From positions 1-50,000 of the forward strand of contig JBECUI020000058.1 in the NCBI GenBank assembly GCA_040954595.2: 50,000 nucleotides of DNA, written 5' to 3'. Positions 12,301 to 24,800 of this stretch are shown here, in pieces (position 1 is the stretch's first letter; each line of letters opens with the position of its first letter). Made by a program: the position numbers and the translations under genes. This DNA is from Balanoglossus misakiensis (taxonomy: Eukaryota > Animalia > Hemichordata). The notes beneath the pieces are model-generated. The model was not told where the DNA came from and did not search any database. It worked only from the letters and a program-made list of their open reading frames with translations.

Positions 12301-15300
12301 CGAAAAATCGTCGATTTTTCAACATTTTCCTGAGCTATAACCCATGGTTTTTTTCAAAAAATGACCAAATTTTGAAAATTCGCAAAGTCGAAAAATCGTC
12401 GATTTTTCAACATTTTCCTGAGCTATAACCCATGGTTTTTTCAAAAAATGACCAAATTTTTGAAAATTCGCAAAGTCGAAAAATCGTCGATTTTTCAACA
12501 TTTTCCTGAGCTATAACCCATGGTTTTTTCAAAAAATGACCAAATTTTGAAAATTCGCAAAGTCGAAAAATCGTCGATTTTTGAACATTTTCCTGAGCTA
12601 TAACCCATGGTTTTTTCAAAAAATGACCAAATTTTGAAAATTCGCAAAGTCGAAAAATCGTCGATTTTTGAACATTTTCCTGAGCTATAACCCATGGTTT
12701 TTTCAAAAAATGACCAAATTTTGAAAATTCGCAAAGTCGAAAAATCGTCGATTTTTCGACATTTTCCTGAGCTATAACCCATGGTTTTTTCAAAAAATGA
12801 CCAAATTTTGAAAATTCGCAAAGTCGAAAAATCGTCGATTTTTGAACATTTTCCTGAGCTATAACCCATGGTTTTTTCAAAAAATGACCAAATTTTGAAA
12901 ATTCGCAAAGTCGAAAAATCGTCGATTTTTGAACATTTTCCTGAGCTATAACCCATGGTTTTTTCAAAAAATGACCAAATTTTGAAAATTCGCAAAGTCG
13001 AAAAATCGTCGATTTTTGAACATTTTCCTGAGCTATAACCCATGGTTTTTTCAAAAAATGACCAAAATTTGAAAATTCGCAAAGTCGAAAAATCGTCGAT
13101 TTTTCGACATTTTCCTGAGCTATAACCCATGTTTTTTTCAAAAAATGACCAAATTTTGAAAATTCGCATAGTCGAAAAATCGTCGATTTTTCAACATTTT
13201 CCTGAGCTATAACCCATGGTTTTTTCAAAAAATGACCAAATTTTGAAAATTCGCAAAGTCGAAAAATCGTCGATTTTTCGACATTTTCCTGAGCTATAAC
13301 CCATGGTTTTTTCAAAAAATGACCAAATTTTGAAAATTCGCAAAGTCGAAAAATCGTCGATTTTTGAACATTTTCCTGAGCTATAACCCATGGTTTTTTC
13401 AAAAAATGACCAAATTTTCAAAATTCGCAAAGTCGAAAAATCGGCGATTTTTGAACATTTTCCTGAGCTATAACCCATGGTTTTTTTCAAAAAATGACCA
13501 AATTTTGAAAATTCGCAAAGTCGAAAAATCGTCGATTTTTCAACATTTTCCTGAGCTATAACCCATGGTTTTTTCAAAAAATGACCAAATTTTGAAAATT
13601 CGCAAAGTCGAAAAATCGTCGATTTTTCAACATTTTCCTGAGCTATAACCCATGGTTTTTTTCAAAAAATGACCAAATTTTTGAAAATTCGCAAAGTCGA
13701 AAAATCGTCGATTTTTCGACATTTTCCTGAGCTATAACCCATGTTTTTTTCAAAAAATGACCAAATTTTGAAAATTCGCAAAGTCGAAAAATCGTCGATT
13801 TTTGAACATTTTCCTGAGCTATAACCCATGGTTTTTTCAAAAAATGACCAAATTTTGAAAATTCGCAAAGTCGAAAAATCGTCGATTTTTGAACATTTTC
13901 CTGAGCTATAACCCATGGTTTTTTCAAAAAATGACCAAATTTTGAAAATTCGCAAAGTCGAAAAATCGTCGATTTTTGAACATTTTCCTGAGCTATAACC
14001 CATGGTTTTTTCAAAAAATGACCATATTTTGAAAATTCGCAAAGTCGAAAAATCGTCGATTTTTGAACATTTTCCTGAGCTATAACCCATGGTTTTTTCA
14101 AAAAATGACCAAATTTTGAAAATTCGCAAAGTCGAAAAATCGTCGATTTTTGAACATTTTCCTGAGCTATAACCCATGGTTTTTTCAAAAAATGACCAAA
14201 ATTTGAAAATTCGCAAAGTCGAAAAATCGGCGATTTTTGAACATTTTCCTGAGCTATAACCCATGGTTTTTTCAAAAAATGACCAAATTTTCAAAATTCG
14301 CAAAGTCGAAAAATCGGCGATTTTTGAACATTTTCCTGAGCTATAACCCATGGTTTTTTTCAAAAAATGACCAAATTTTGAAAATTCGCAAAGTCGAAAA
14401 ATCGTCGATTTTTCAACATTTTCCTGAGCTATAACCCATGGTTTTTTCAAAAAATGACCAAATTTTGAAAATTCGCAAAGTCGAAAAATCGTCGATTTTT
14501 CAACATTTTCCTGAGCTATAACCCATGGTTTTTTTCAAAAAATGACCAAATTTTGAAAATTCGCAAAGTCGAAAAATCGTCGATTTTTCAACATTTTCCT
14601 GAGCTATAACCCATGGTTTTTTTCAAAAAATGACCAAATTTTTGAAAATTCGCAAAGTCGAAAAATCGTCGATTTTTCGACATTTTCCTGAGCTATAACC
14701 CATGGTTTTTTCAAAAAATGACCAAATTTTGAAAATTCGCAAAGTCGAAAAATCGTCGATTTTTGAACATTTTCCTGAGCTATAACCCATGGTTTTTTCA
14801 AAAAATGACCAAATTTTGAAAATTCGCAAAGTCGAAAAATCGTCGATTTTTGAACATTTTCCTGAGCTATAACCCATGGTTTTTTCAAAAAATGACCAAA
14901 TTTTGAAAATTCGCAAAGTCGAAAAATCGTCGATTTTTGAACATTTTCCTGAGCTATAACCCATGGTTTTTTTCAAAAAATGACCAAATTTTGAAAATTC
15001 GCAAAGTCGAAAAATCGTCGATTTTTCAACATTTTCCTGAGCTATAACCCATGGTTTTTTCAAAAAATGACCAAATTTTTGAAAATTCGCAAAGTCGAAA
15101 AATCGTCGATTTTTCAACATTTTCCTGAGCTATAACCCATGGTTTTTTCAAAAAATGACCAAATTTTGAAAATTCGCAAAGTCGAAAAATCGTCGATTTT
15201 TCGACATTTTCCTGAGCTATAACCCATGGTTTTTTCAAAAAATGACCAAATTTTGAAAATTCGCAAAGTCGAAAAATCGTCGATTTTTGAACATTTTCCT

Positions 15301-18300
15301 GAGCTATAACCCATGGTTTTTTCAAAAAATGACCAAATTTTGAAAATTCGCAAAGTCGAAAAATCGTCGATTTTTGAACATTTTCCTGAGCTATAACCCA
15401 TGGTTTTTTCAAAAAATGACCAAATTTTGAAAATTCGCAAAGTCGAAAAATCGTCGATTTTTGAACATTTTCCTGAGCTATAACCCATGGTTTTTTCAAA
15501 AAATGACCAAATTTTGAAAATTCGCAAAGTCGAAAAATCGTCGATTTTTGAACATTTTCCTGAGCTATAACCCATGGTTTTTTCAAAAAATGACCAAATT
15601 TTGAAAATTCGCAAAGTCGAAAAATCGTCGATTTTTGAACATTTTCCTGAGCTATAACCCATGGTTTTTTCAAAAAATGACCAAATTTTGAAAATTCGCA
15701 AAGTCGAAAAATCGTGGATTTTTCGACATTTTTCTGAGCTATAACCCATGGTTTTTTCAAAAAATGACCAAATTTTGAAAATTCGCAAAGTCGAAAAATC
15801 GTCGATTTTTGAACATTTTCCTGAGCTATAACCCATGGTTTTTTCAAAAAATGACCAAATTTTGAAAATTCGCAAAGTCGAAAAATCGTCGATTTTTCGA
15901 CATTTTCCTGAGCTATAACCCATGGTTTTTTCAAAAAATGACCAAATTTTGAAAATTCGCAAAGTCGAAAAATCGTCGATTTTTGAACATTTTCCTGAGC
16001 TATAACCCATGGTTTTTTCAAAAAATGACCAAATTTTGAAAATTCGCAAAGTCGAAAAATCGTCGATTTTTGAACATTTTCCTGAGCTATAACCCATGGT
16101 TTTTTCAAAAAATGACCAAATTTTGAAAATTCGCAAAGTCGAAAAATCGTCGATTTTTGAACATTTTCCTGAGCTATAACCCATGGTTTTTTCAAAAAAT
16201 GACCAAATTTTGAAAATTCGCAAAGTCGAAAAATCGTCGATTTTTGAACATTTTCCTGAGCTATAACCCATGGTTTTTTCAAAAAATGACCAAATTTTGA
16301 AAATTCGCAAAGTCGAAAAATCGTCGATTTTTGAACATTTTCCTGAGCTATAACCCATGGTTTTTTCAAAAAATGACCAAATTTTGAAAATTCGCAAAGT
16401 CGAAAAATCGTCGATTTTTCAACATTTTCCTGAGCTATAACCCATGGTTTTTTTCAAAAAATGACCAAATTTTGAAAATTCGCAAAGTCGAAAAATCGTC
16501 GATTTTTCAACATTTTCCTGAGCTATAACCCATGGTTTTTTCAAAAAATGACCAAATTTTTGAAAATTCGCAAAGTCGAAAAATCGTCGATTTTTCAACA
16601 TTTTCCTGAGCTATAACCCATGGTTTTTTCAAAAAATGACCAAATTTTTGAAAATTCGCAAAGTCGAAAAATCGTCGATTTTTCAACATTTTCCTGAGCT
16701 ATAACCCATGGTTTTTTCAAAAAATGACCAAATTTTGAAAATTCGCAAAGTCGAAAAATCGTCGATTTTTGAACATTTTCCTGAGCTATAACCCATGGTT
16801 TTTTCAAAAAATGACCAAATTTTGAAAATTCGCAAAGTCGAAAAATCGTCGATTTTTGAACATTTTCCTGAGCTATAACCCATGGTTTTTTCAAAAAATG
16901 ACCAAATTTTGAAAATTCGCAAAGTCGAAAAATCGTCGATTTTTGAACATTTTCCTGAGCTATAACCCATGGTTTTTTCAAAAAATGACCAAATTTTGAA
17001 AATTCGCAAAGTCGAAAAATCGTCGATTTTTGAACATTTTCCTGAGCTATAACCCATGGTTTTTTCAAAAAATGACCAAATTTTGAAAATTCGCAAAGTC
17101 GAAAAATCGTCGATTTTTGAACATTTTCCTGAGCTATAACCCATGGTTTTTTCAAAAAATGACCAAATTTTGAAAATTCGCAAAGTCGAAAAATCGTCGA
17201 TTTTTGAACATTTTCCTGAGCTATAACCCATGGTTTTTTCAAAAAATGACCAAATTTTGAAAATTCGCAAAGTCGAAAAATCGTGGATTTTTCGACATTT
17301 TTCTGAGCTATAACCCATGGTTTTTTCAAAAAATGACCAAATTTTGAAAATTCGCAAAGTCGAAAAATCGTCGATTTTTGAACATTTTCCTGAGCTATAA
17401 CCCATGGTTTTTTCAAAAAATGACCAAATTTTGAAAATTCGCAAAGTCGAAAAATCGTCGATTTTTCGACATTTTCCTGAGCTATAACCCATGGTTTTTT
17501 CAAAAAATGACCAAATTTTGAAAATTCGCAAAGTCGAAAAATCGTCGATTTTTGAACATTTTCCTGAGCTATAACCCATGGTTTTTTCAAAAAATGACCA
17601 AATTTTGAAAATTCGCAAAGTCGAAAAATCGTCGATTTTTGAACATTTTCCTGAGCTATAACCCATGGTTTTTTCAAAAAATGACCAAATTTTGAAAATT
17701 CGCAAAGTCGAAAAATCGTCGATTTTTGAACATTTTCCTGAGCTATAACCCATGGTTTTTTCAAAAAATGACCAAATTTTGAAAATTCGCAAAGTCGAAA
17801 AATCGTCGATTTTTGAACATTTTCCTGAGCTATAACCCATGGTTTTTTCAAAAAATGACCAAATTTTGAAAATTCGCAAAGTCGAAAAATCGTCGATTTT
17901 TGAACATTTTCCTGAGCTATAACCCATGGTTTTTTCAAAAAATGACCAAATTTTGAAAATTCGCAAAGTCGAAAAATCGTCGATTTTTGAACATTTTCCT
18001 GAGCTATAACCCATGGTTTTTTTCAAAAAATGACCAAATTTTGAAAATTCGCAAAGTCGAAAAATCGTCGATTTTTCAACATTTTCCTGAGCTATAACCC
18101 ATGGTTTTTTCAAAAAATGACCAAATTTTTGAAAATTCGCAAAGTCGAAAAATCGTCGATTTTTCAACATTTTCCTGAGCTATAACCCATGGTTTTTTCA
18201 AAAAATGACCAAATTTTGAAAATTCGCAAAGTCGAAAAATCGTCGATTTTTGAACATTTTCCTGAGCTATAACCCATGGTTTTTTCAAAAAATGACCAAA

Positions 18301-18852
18301 TTTTGAAAATTCGCAAAGTCGAAAAATCGTCGATTTTTGAACATTTTCCTGAGCTATAACCCATGGTTTTTTCAAAAAATGACCAAATTTTGAAAATTCG
18401 CAAAGTCGAAAAATCGTCGATTTTTGAACATTTTCCTGAGCTATAACCCATGGTTTTTTCAAAAAATGACCAAAATTTGAAAATTCGCAAAGTCGAAAAA
18501 TCGTCGATTTTTCGACATTTTCCTGAGCTATAACCCATGTTTTTTTCAAAAAATGACCAAATTTTGAAAATTCGCATAGTCGAAAAATCGTCGATTTTTG
18601 AACATTTTCCTGAGCTATAACCCATGGTTTTTTCAAAAAATGACCAAATTTTGAAAATTCGCAAAGTCGAAAAATCGTCGATTTTTCGACATTTTCCTGA
18701 GCTATAACCCATGGTTTTTTCAAAAAATGACCAAATTTTGAAAATTCGCAAAGTCGAAAAATCGTCGATTTTTGAACATTTTCCTGAGCTATAACCCATG
18801 GTTTTTTCAAAAAATGACCAAATTTTCAGAATTCGCAAAGTCGAAAAATCGA
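9312..18852 (-). repeat. 87-bp satellite array, left arm (~110 monomers)
   Basis: Tandem copies of the reverse complement of ccatgggttatagctcaggaaaatgtcgaaaaatcgacgatttttcgactttgcgaattttcaaaatttggtcattttttgaaaaaa, mostly the ...gatttttgaacatt... and ...gatttttcaacatt... variants. Confidence 0.98.
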
Positions 18853-21800
18853 CGATAATTCGACTTTGCGAATTTTCAAAATTTGGTCATTTTTTGAAAA
18901 AACCATGGGTTATAGCTCAGGAAAATGTCGAAAAATCGACGATAATTCGACTTTGCGAATTTTCAAAATTTGGTCATTTTTTGAAAAAACCATGGGTTAT
19001 AGCTCAGGAAAATGTCGAAAAATCGACGATAATTCGACTTTGCGAATTTTCAAAATTTGGTCATTTTTTGAAAAAACCATGGGTTATAGCTCAGGAAAAT
19101 GTCGAAAAATCGACGATAATTCGACTTTGCGAATTTTCAAAATTTGGTCATTTTTTGAAAAAACCATGGGTTATAGCTCAGGAAAATGTCGAAAAATCGA
19201 CGATAATTCGACTTTGCGAATTTTCAAAATTTGGTCATTTTTTGAAAAAACCATGGGTTATAGCTCAGGAAAATGTCGAAAAATCGACGATTTTTCGACT
19301 TTGCGAATTTTCAAAATTTGGTCATTTTTTGAAAAAACCATGGGTTATAGCTCAGGAAAATGTCGAAAAATCGACGATTTTTCGACTTTGCGAATTTTCA
19401 AAATTTGGTCATTTTTTGAAAAAACCATGGGTTATAGCTCAGGAAAATGTTCAAAAATCGACGATTTTTCGACTTTGCGAATTTTCAAAATTTGGTCATT
19501 TTTTGAAAAAACCATGGGTTATAGCTCAGGAAAATGTCGAAAAATCGACGATTTTTCGACTTTGCGAATTTTCAAAATTTGGTCATTTTTTGAAAAAACC
19601 ATGGGTTATAGCTCAGGAAAATGTCGAAAAATCGACGATTTTTCGACTTTGCGAATTTTCAAAATTTGGTCATTTTTTGAAAAAACCATGGGTTATAGCT
19701 CAGGAAAATGTCGAAAAATCGACGATTTTTCGACTTTGCGAATTTTCAAAATTTGGTCATTTTTTGAAAAAACCATGGGTTATAGCTCAGGAAAATGTCG
19801 AAAAATCGACGATTTTTCGACTTTGCGAATTTTCAAAATTTGGTCATTTTTTGAAAAAACCATGGGTTATAGCTCAGGAAAATGTCGAAAAATCGACGAT
19901 TTTTCGACTTTGCGAATTTTCAAAATTTGGTCATTTTTTGAAAAAACCATGGGTTATAGCTCAGGAAAATGTCGAAAAATCGACGATTTTTCGACTTTGC
20001 GAATTTTCAAAATTTGGTCATTTTTTGAAAAAACCATGGGTTATAGCTCAGGAAAATGTCGAAAAATCGACGATTTTTCGACTTTGCGAATTTTCAAAAT
20101 TTGGTCATTTTTTGAAAAAACCATGGGTTATAGCTCAGGAAAATGTCGAAAAATCGACGATTTTTCGACTTTGCGAATTTTCAAAATTTGGTCATTTTTT
20201 GAAAAAACCATGGGTTATAGCTCAGGAAAATGTCGAAAAATCGACGATAATTCGACTTTGCGAATTTTCAAAATTTGGTCATTTTTTGAAAAAACCATGG
20301 GTTATAGCTCAGGAAAATGTCGAAAAATCGACGATTTTTCGACTTTGCGAATTTTCAAAATTTGGTCATTTTTTGAAAAAACCATGGGTTATAGCTCAGG
20401 AAAATGTCGAAAAATCGACGATTTTTCGACTTTGCGAATTTTCAAAATTTGGTCATTTTTTGAAAAAACCATGGGTTATAGCTCAGGAAAATGTCGAAAA
20501 ATCGACGATTTTTCGACTTTGCGAATTTTCAAAATTTGGTCATTTTTTGAAAAAACCATGGGTTATAGCTCAGGAAAATGTCGAAAAATCGACGATTTTT
20601 CGACTTTGCGAATTTTCAAAATTTGGTCATTTTTTGAAAAAACCATGGGTTATAGCTCAGGAAAATGTTCAAAAATCGACGATTTTTCGACTTTGCGAAT
20701 TTTCAAAATTTGGTCATTTTTTGAAAAAACCATGGGTTATAGCTCAGGAAAATGTTCGAAAAATCGACGATTTTTCGACTTTGCGAATTTTCAAAATTTG
20801 GTCATTTTTTGAAAAAACCATGGGTTATAGCTCAGGAAAATGTCGAAAAATCGACGATTTTTCGACTTTGCGAATTTTCAAAATTTGGTCATTTTTTGAA
20901 AAAACCATGGGTTATAGCTCAGGAAAATGTTCAAAAATCGACGATTTTTCGACTTTGCGAATTTTCAAAATTTGGTCATTTTTTGAAAAAACCATGGGTT
21001 ATAGCTCAGGAAAATGTTCAAAAATCGACGATTTTTCGACTTTGCGAATTTTCAAAATTTGGTCATTTTTTGAAAAAACCATGGGTTATAGCTCAGGAAA
21101 ATGTCGAAAAATCGACGATTTTTCGACTTTGCGAATTTTCAAAATTTGGTCATTTTTTGAAAAAACCATGGGTTATAGCTCAGGAAAATGTCGAAAAATC
21201 GACGATTTTTCGACTTTGCGAATTTTCAAAATTTGGTCATTTTTTGAAAAAACCATGGGTTATAGCTCAGGAAAATGTCGAAAAATCGACGATTTTTCGA
21301 CTTTGCGAATTTTCAAAATTTGGTCATTTTTTGAAAAAACCATGGGTTATAGCTCAGGAAAATGTCGAAAAATCGACGATTTTTCGACTTTGCGAATTTT
21401 CAAAATTTGGTCATTTTTTGAAAAAACCATGGGTTATAGCTCAGGAAAATGTCGAAAAATCGACGATTTTTCGACTTTGCGAATTTTCAAAATTTGGTCA
21501 TTTTTTGAAAAAACCATGGGTTATAGCTCAGGAAAATGTCGAAAAATCGACGATTTTTCGACTTTGCGAATTTTCAAAATTTGGTCATTTTTTGAAAAAA
21601 CCATGGGTTATAGCTCAGGAAAATGTCGAAAAATCGACGATATTTCGACTTTGCGAATTTTCAAAATTTGGTCATTTTTTGAAAAAACCATGGGTTATAG
21701 CTCAGGAAAATGTCGAAAAATCGACGATAATTCGACTTTGCGAATTTTCAAAATTTGGTCATTTTTTGAAAAAACCATGGGTTATAGCTCAGGAAAATGT

Positions 21801-24800
21801 CGAAAAATCGACGATTTTTCGACTTTGCGAATTTTCAAAATTTGGTCATTTTTTGAAAAAACCATGGGTTATAGCTCAGGAAAATGTCGAAAAATCGACG
21901 ATTTTTCGACTTTGCGAATTTTCAAAATTTGGTCATTTTTTGAAAAAACCATGGTTATATAGCTCAGGAAAATGTCGAAAAATCGACGATTTTTCGACTT
22001 TGCGAATTTTCAAAATTTGGTCATTTTTTGAAAAACCATGGGTTATAGCTCAGGAAAATGTCGAAAAATCGACGATTTTTCGACTTTGCGAATTTTCAAA
22101 ATTTGGTCATTTTTTGAAAAAACCATGGGTTATAGCTCAGGAAAATGTTCAAAAATCGACGATTTTTCGACTTTGCGAATTTTCAAAATTTGGTCATTTT
22201 TTGAAAAAACCATGGGTTATAGCTCAGGAAAATGTTCAAAAATCGACGATTTTTCGACTTTGCGAATTTTCAAAATTTGGTCATTTTTTGAAAAAACCAT
22301 GGGTTATAGCTCAGGAAAATGTCGAAAAATCGACGATTTTTCGACTTTGCGAATTTTCAAAATTTGGTCATTTTTTGAAAAAACCATGGGTTATAGCTCA
22401 GGAAAATGTCGAAAAATCGACGATTTTTCGACTTTGCGAATTTTCAAAATTTGGTCATTTTTTGAAAAAACCATGGGTTATAGCTCAGGAAAATGTCGAA
22501 AAATCGACGATTTTTCGACTTTGCGAATTTTCAAAATTTGGTCATTTTTTGAAAAAACCATGGGTTATAGCTCAGGAAAATGTCGAAAAATCGACGATTT
22601 TTCGACTTTGCGAATTTTCAAAATTTGGTCATTTTTTGAAAAAACCATGGGTTATAGCTCAGGAAAATGTCGAAAAATCGACGATTTTTCGACTTTGCGA
22701 ATTTTCAAAATTTGGTCATTTTTTGAAAAAACCATGGGTTATAGCTCAGGAAAATGTCGAAAAATCGACGATTTTTCGACTTTGCGAATTTTCAAAATTT
22801 GGTCATTTTTTGAAAAAACCATGGGTTATAGCTCAGGAAAATGTCGAAAAATCGACGATTTTTCGACTTTGCGAATTTTCAAAATTTGGTCATTTTTTGA
22901 AAAAACCATGGGTTATAGCTCAGGAAAATGTCGAAAAATCGACGATTTTTCGACTTTGCGAATTTTCAAAATTTGGTCATTTTTTGAAAAAACCATGGGT
23001 TGTAGCTCAGGAAAATGTCGAAAAATCGACGATTTTTCGACTTTGCGAATTTTCAAAATTTGGTCATTTTTTAAAAAAACCATGGGTTATAGCTCAGGAA
23101 AATGTCGAAAAATCGACGATTTTTCGACTTTGCGAATTTTCAAAAATTTGGTCATTTTTTAAAAAAAACCATGGGTTATAGCTCAGGAAAATGTCGAAAA
23201 ATCGACGATTTTTCGACTTTGCGAATTTTCAAAATTTGGTCATTTTTTGAAAAAACCATGGGTTATAGCTCAGGAAAATGTCGAAAAATCGACGATTTTT
23301 CGACTTTGCGAATTTTCAAAATTTGGTCATTTTTTGAAAAAACCATGGGTTATAGCTCAGGAAAATGTCGAAAAATCGACGATTTTTCGACTTTGCGAAT
23401 TTTCAAAATTTGGTCATTTTTTGAAAAAACCATGGGTTATAGCTCAGGAAAATGTCGAAAAATCGACGATTTTTCGACTTTGCGAATTTTCAAATTTTGG
23501 TCATTTTTTGAAAAAACCATGGGTTATAGCTCAGGAAAATGTCGAAAAATCGACGATTTTTCGACTTTGCGAATTTTCAAAATTTGGTCATTTTTTAAAA
23601 AAACCATGGGTTATAGCTCAGGAAAATGTCGAAAAATCGACGATTTTTCGACTTTGCGAATTTTCAAAATTTGGTCATTTTTTAAAAAAACCATGGGTTA
23701 TAGCTCAGGAAAATGTCGAAAAATCGACGATTTTTCGACTTTGCGAATTTTCAAAATTTGGTCATTTTTTGAAAAAACCATGGGTTATAGCTCAGGAAAA
23801 TGTCGAAAAATCGACGATTTTTCGACTTTGCGAATTTTCAAAATTTTGTCATTTTTTGAAAAAACCATGGGTTATAGCTCAGGAAAATGTCGAAAAATCG
23901 ACGATTTTTCGACTTTGCGAATTTTCAAAATTTGGTCATTTTTTGAAAAAACCATGGGTTATAGCTCAGGAAAATGTCGAAAAATCGACGATTTTTCGAC
24001 TTTGCGAATTTTCAAAATTTGGTCATTTTTTGAAAAAACCATGGGTTATAGCTCAGGAAAATGTCGAAAAATCGACGATTTTTCGACTTTGCGAATTTTC
24101 AAAATTTGGTCATTTTTTGAAAAAACCATGGGTTATAGCTCAGGAAAATGTCGAAAAATCGACGATTTTTCGACTTTGCGAATTTTCAAAATTTGGTCAT
24201 TTTTTGAAAAAACCATGGGTTATAGCTCAGGAAAATGTCGAAAAATCGACGATTTTTCGACTTTGCGAATTTTCAAAATTTGGTCATTTTTTGAAAAAAC
24301 CATGGGTTATAGCTCAGGAAAATGTCGAAAAATCGACGATTTTTCGACTTTGCGAATTTTCAAAATTTGGTCATTTTTTGAAAAAACCATGGGTTATAGC
24401 TCAGGAAAATGTCGAAAAATCGACGATTTTTCGACTTTGCGAATTTTCAAAATTTGGTCATTTTTTGAAAAAACCATGGGTTATAGCTCAGGAAAATGTC
24501 GAAAAATCGACGATTTTTCGACTTTGCGAATTTTCAAAATTTGGTCATTTTTTGAAAAAACCATGGGTTATAGCTCAGGAAAATGTCGAAAAATCGACGA
24601 TTTTTCGACTTTGCGAATTTTCAAAATTTGGTCATTTTTTGAAAAAACCATGGGTTATAGCTCAGGAAAATGTCGAAAAATCGACGATTTTTCGACTTTG
24701 CGAATTTTCAAAATTTGGTCATTTTTTGAAAAAACCATGGGTTATAGCTCAGGAAAATGTCGAAAAATCGACGATTTTTCGACTTTGCGAATTTTCAAAA

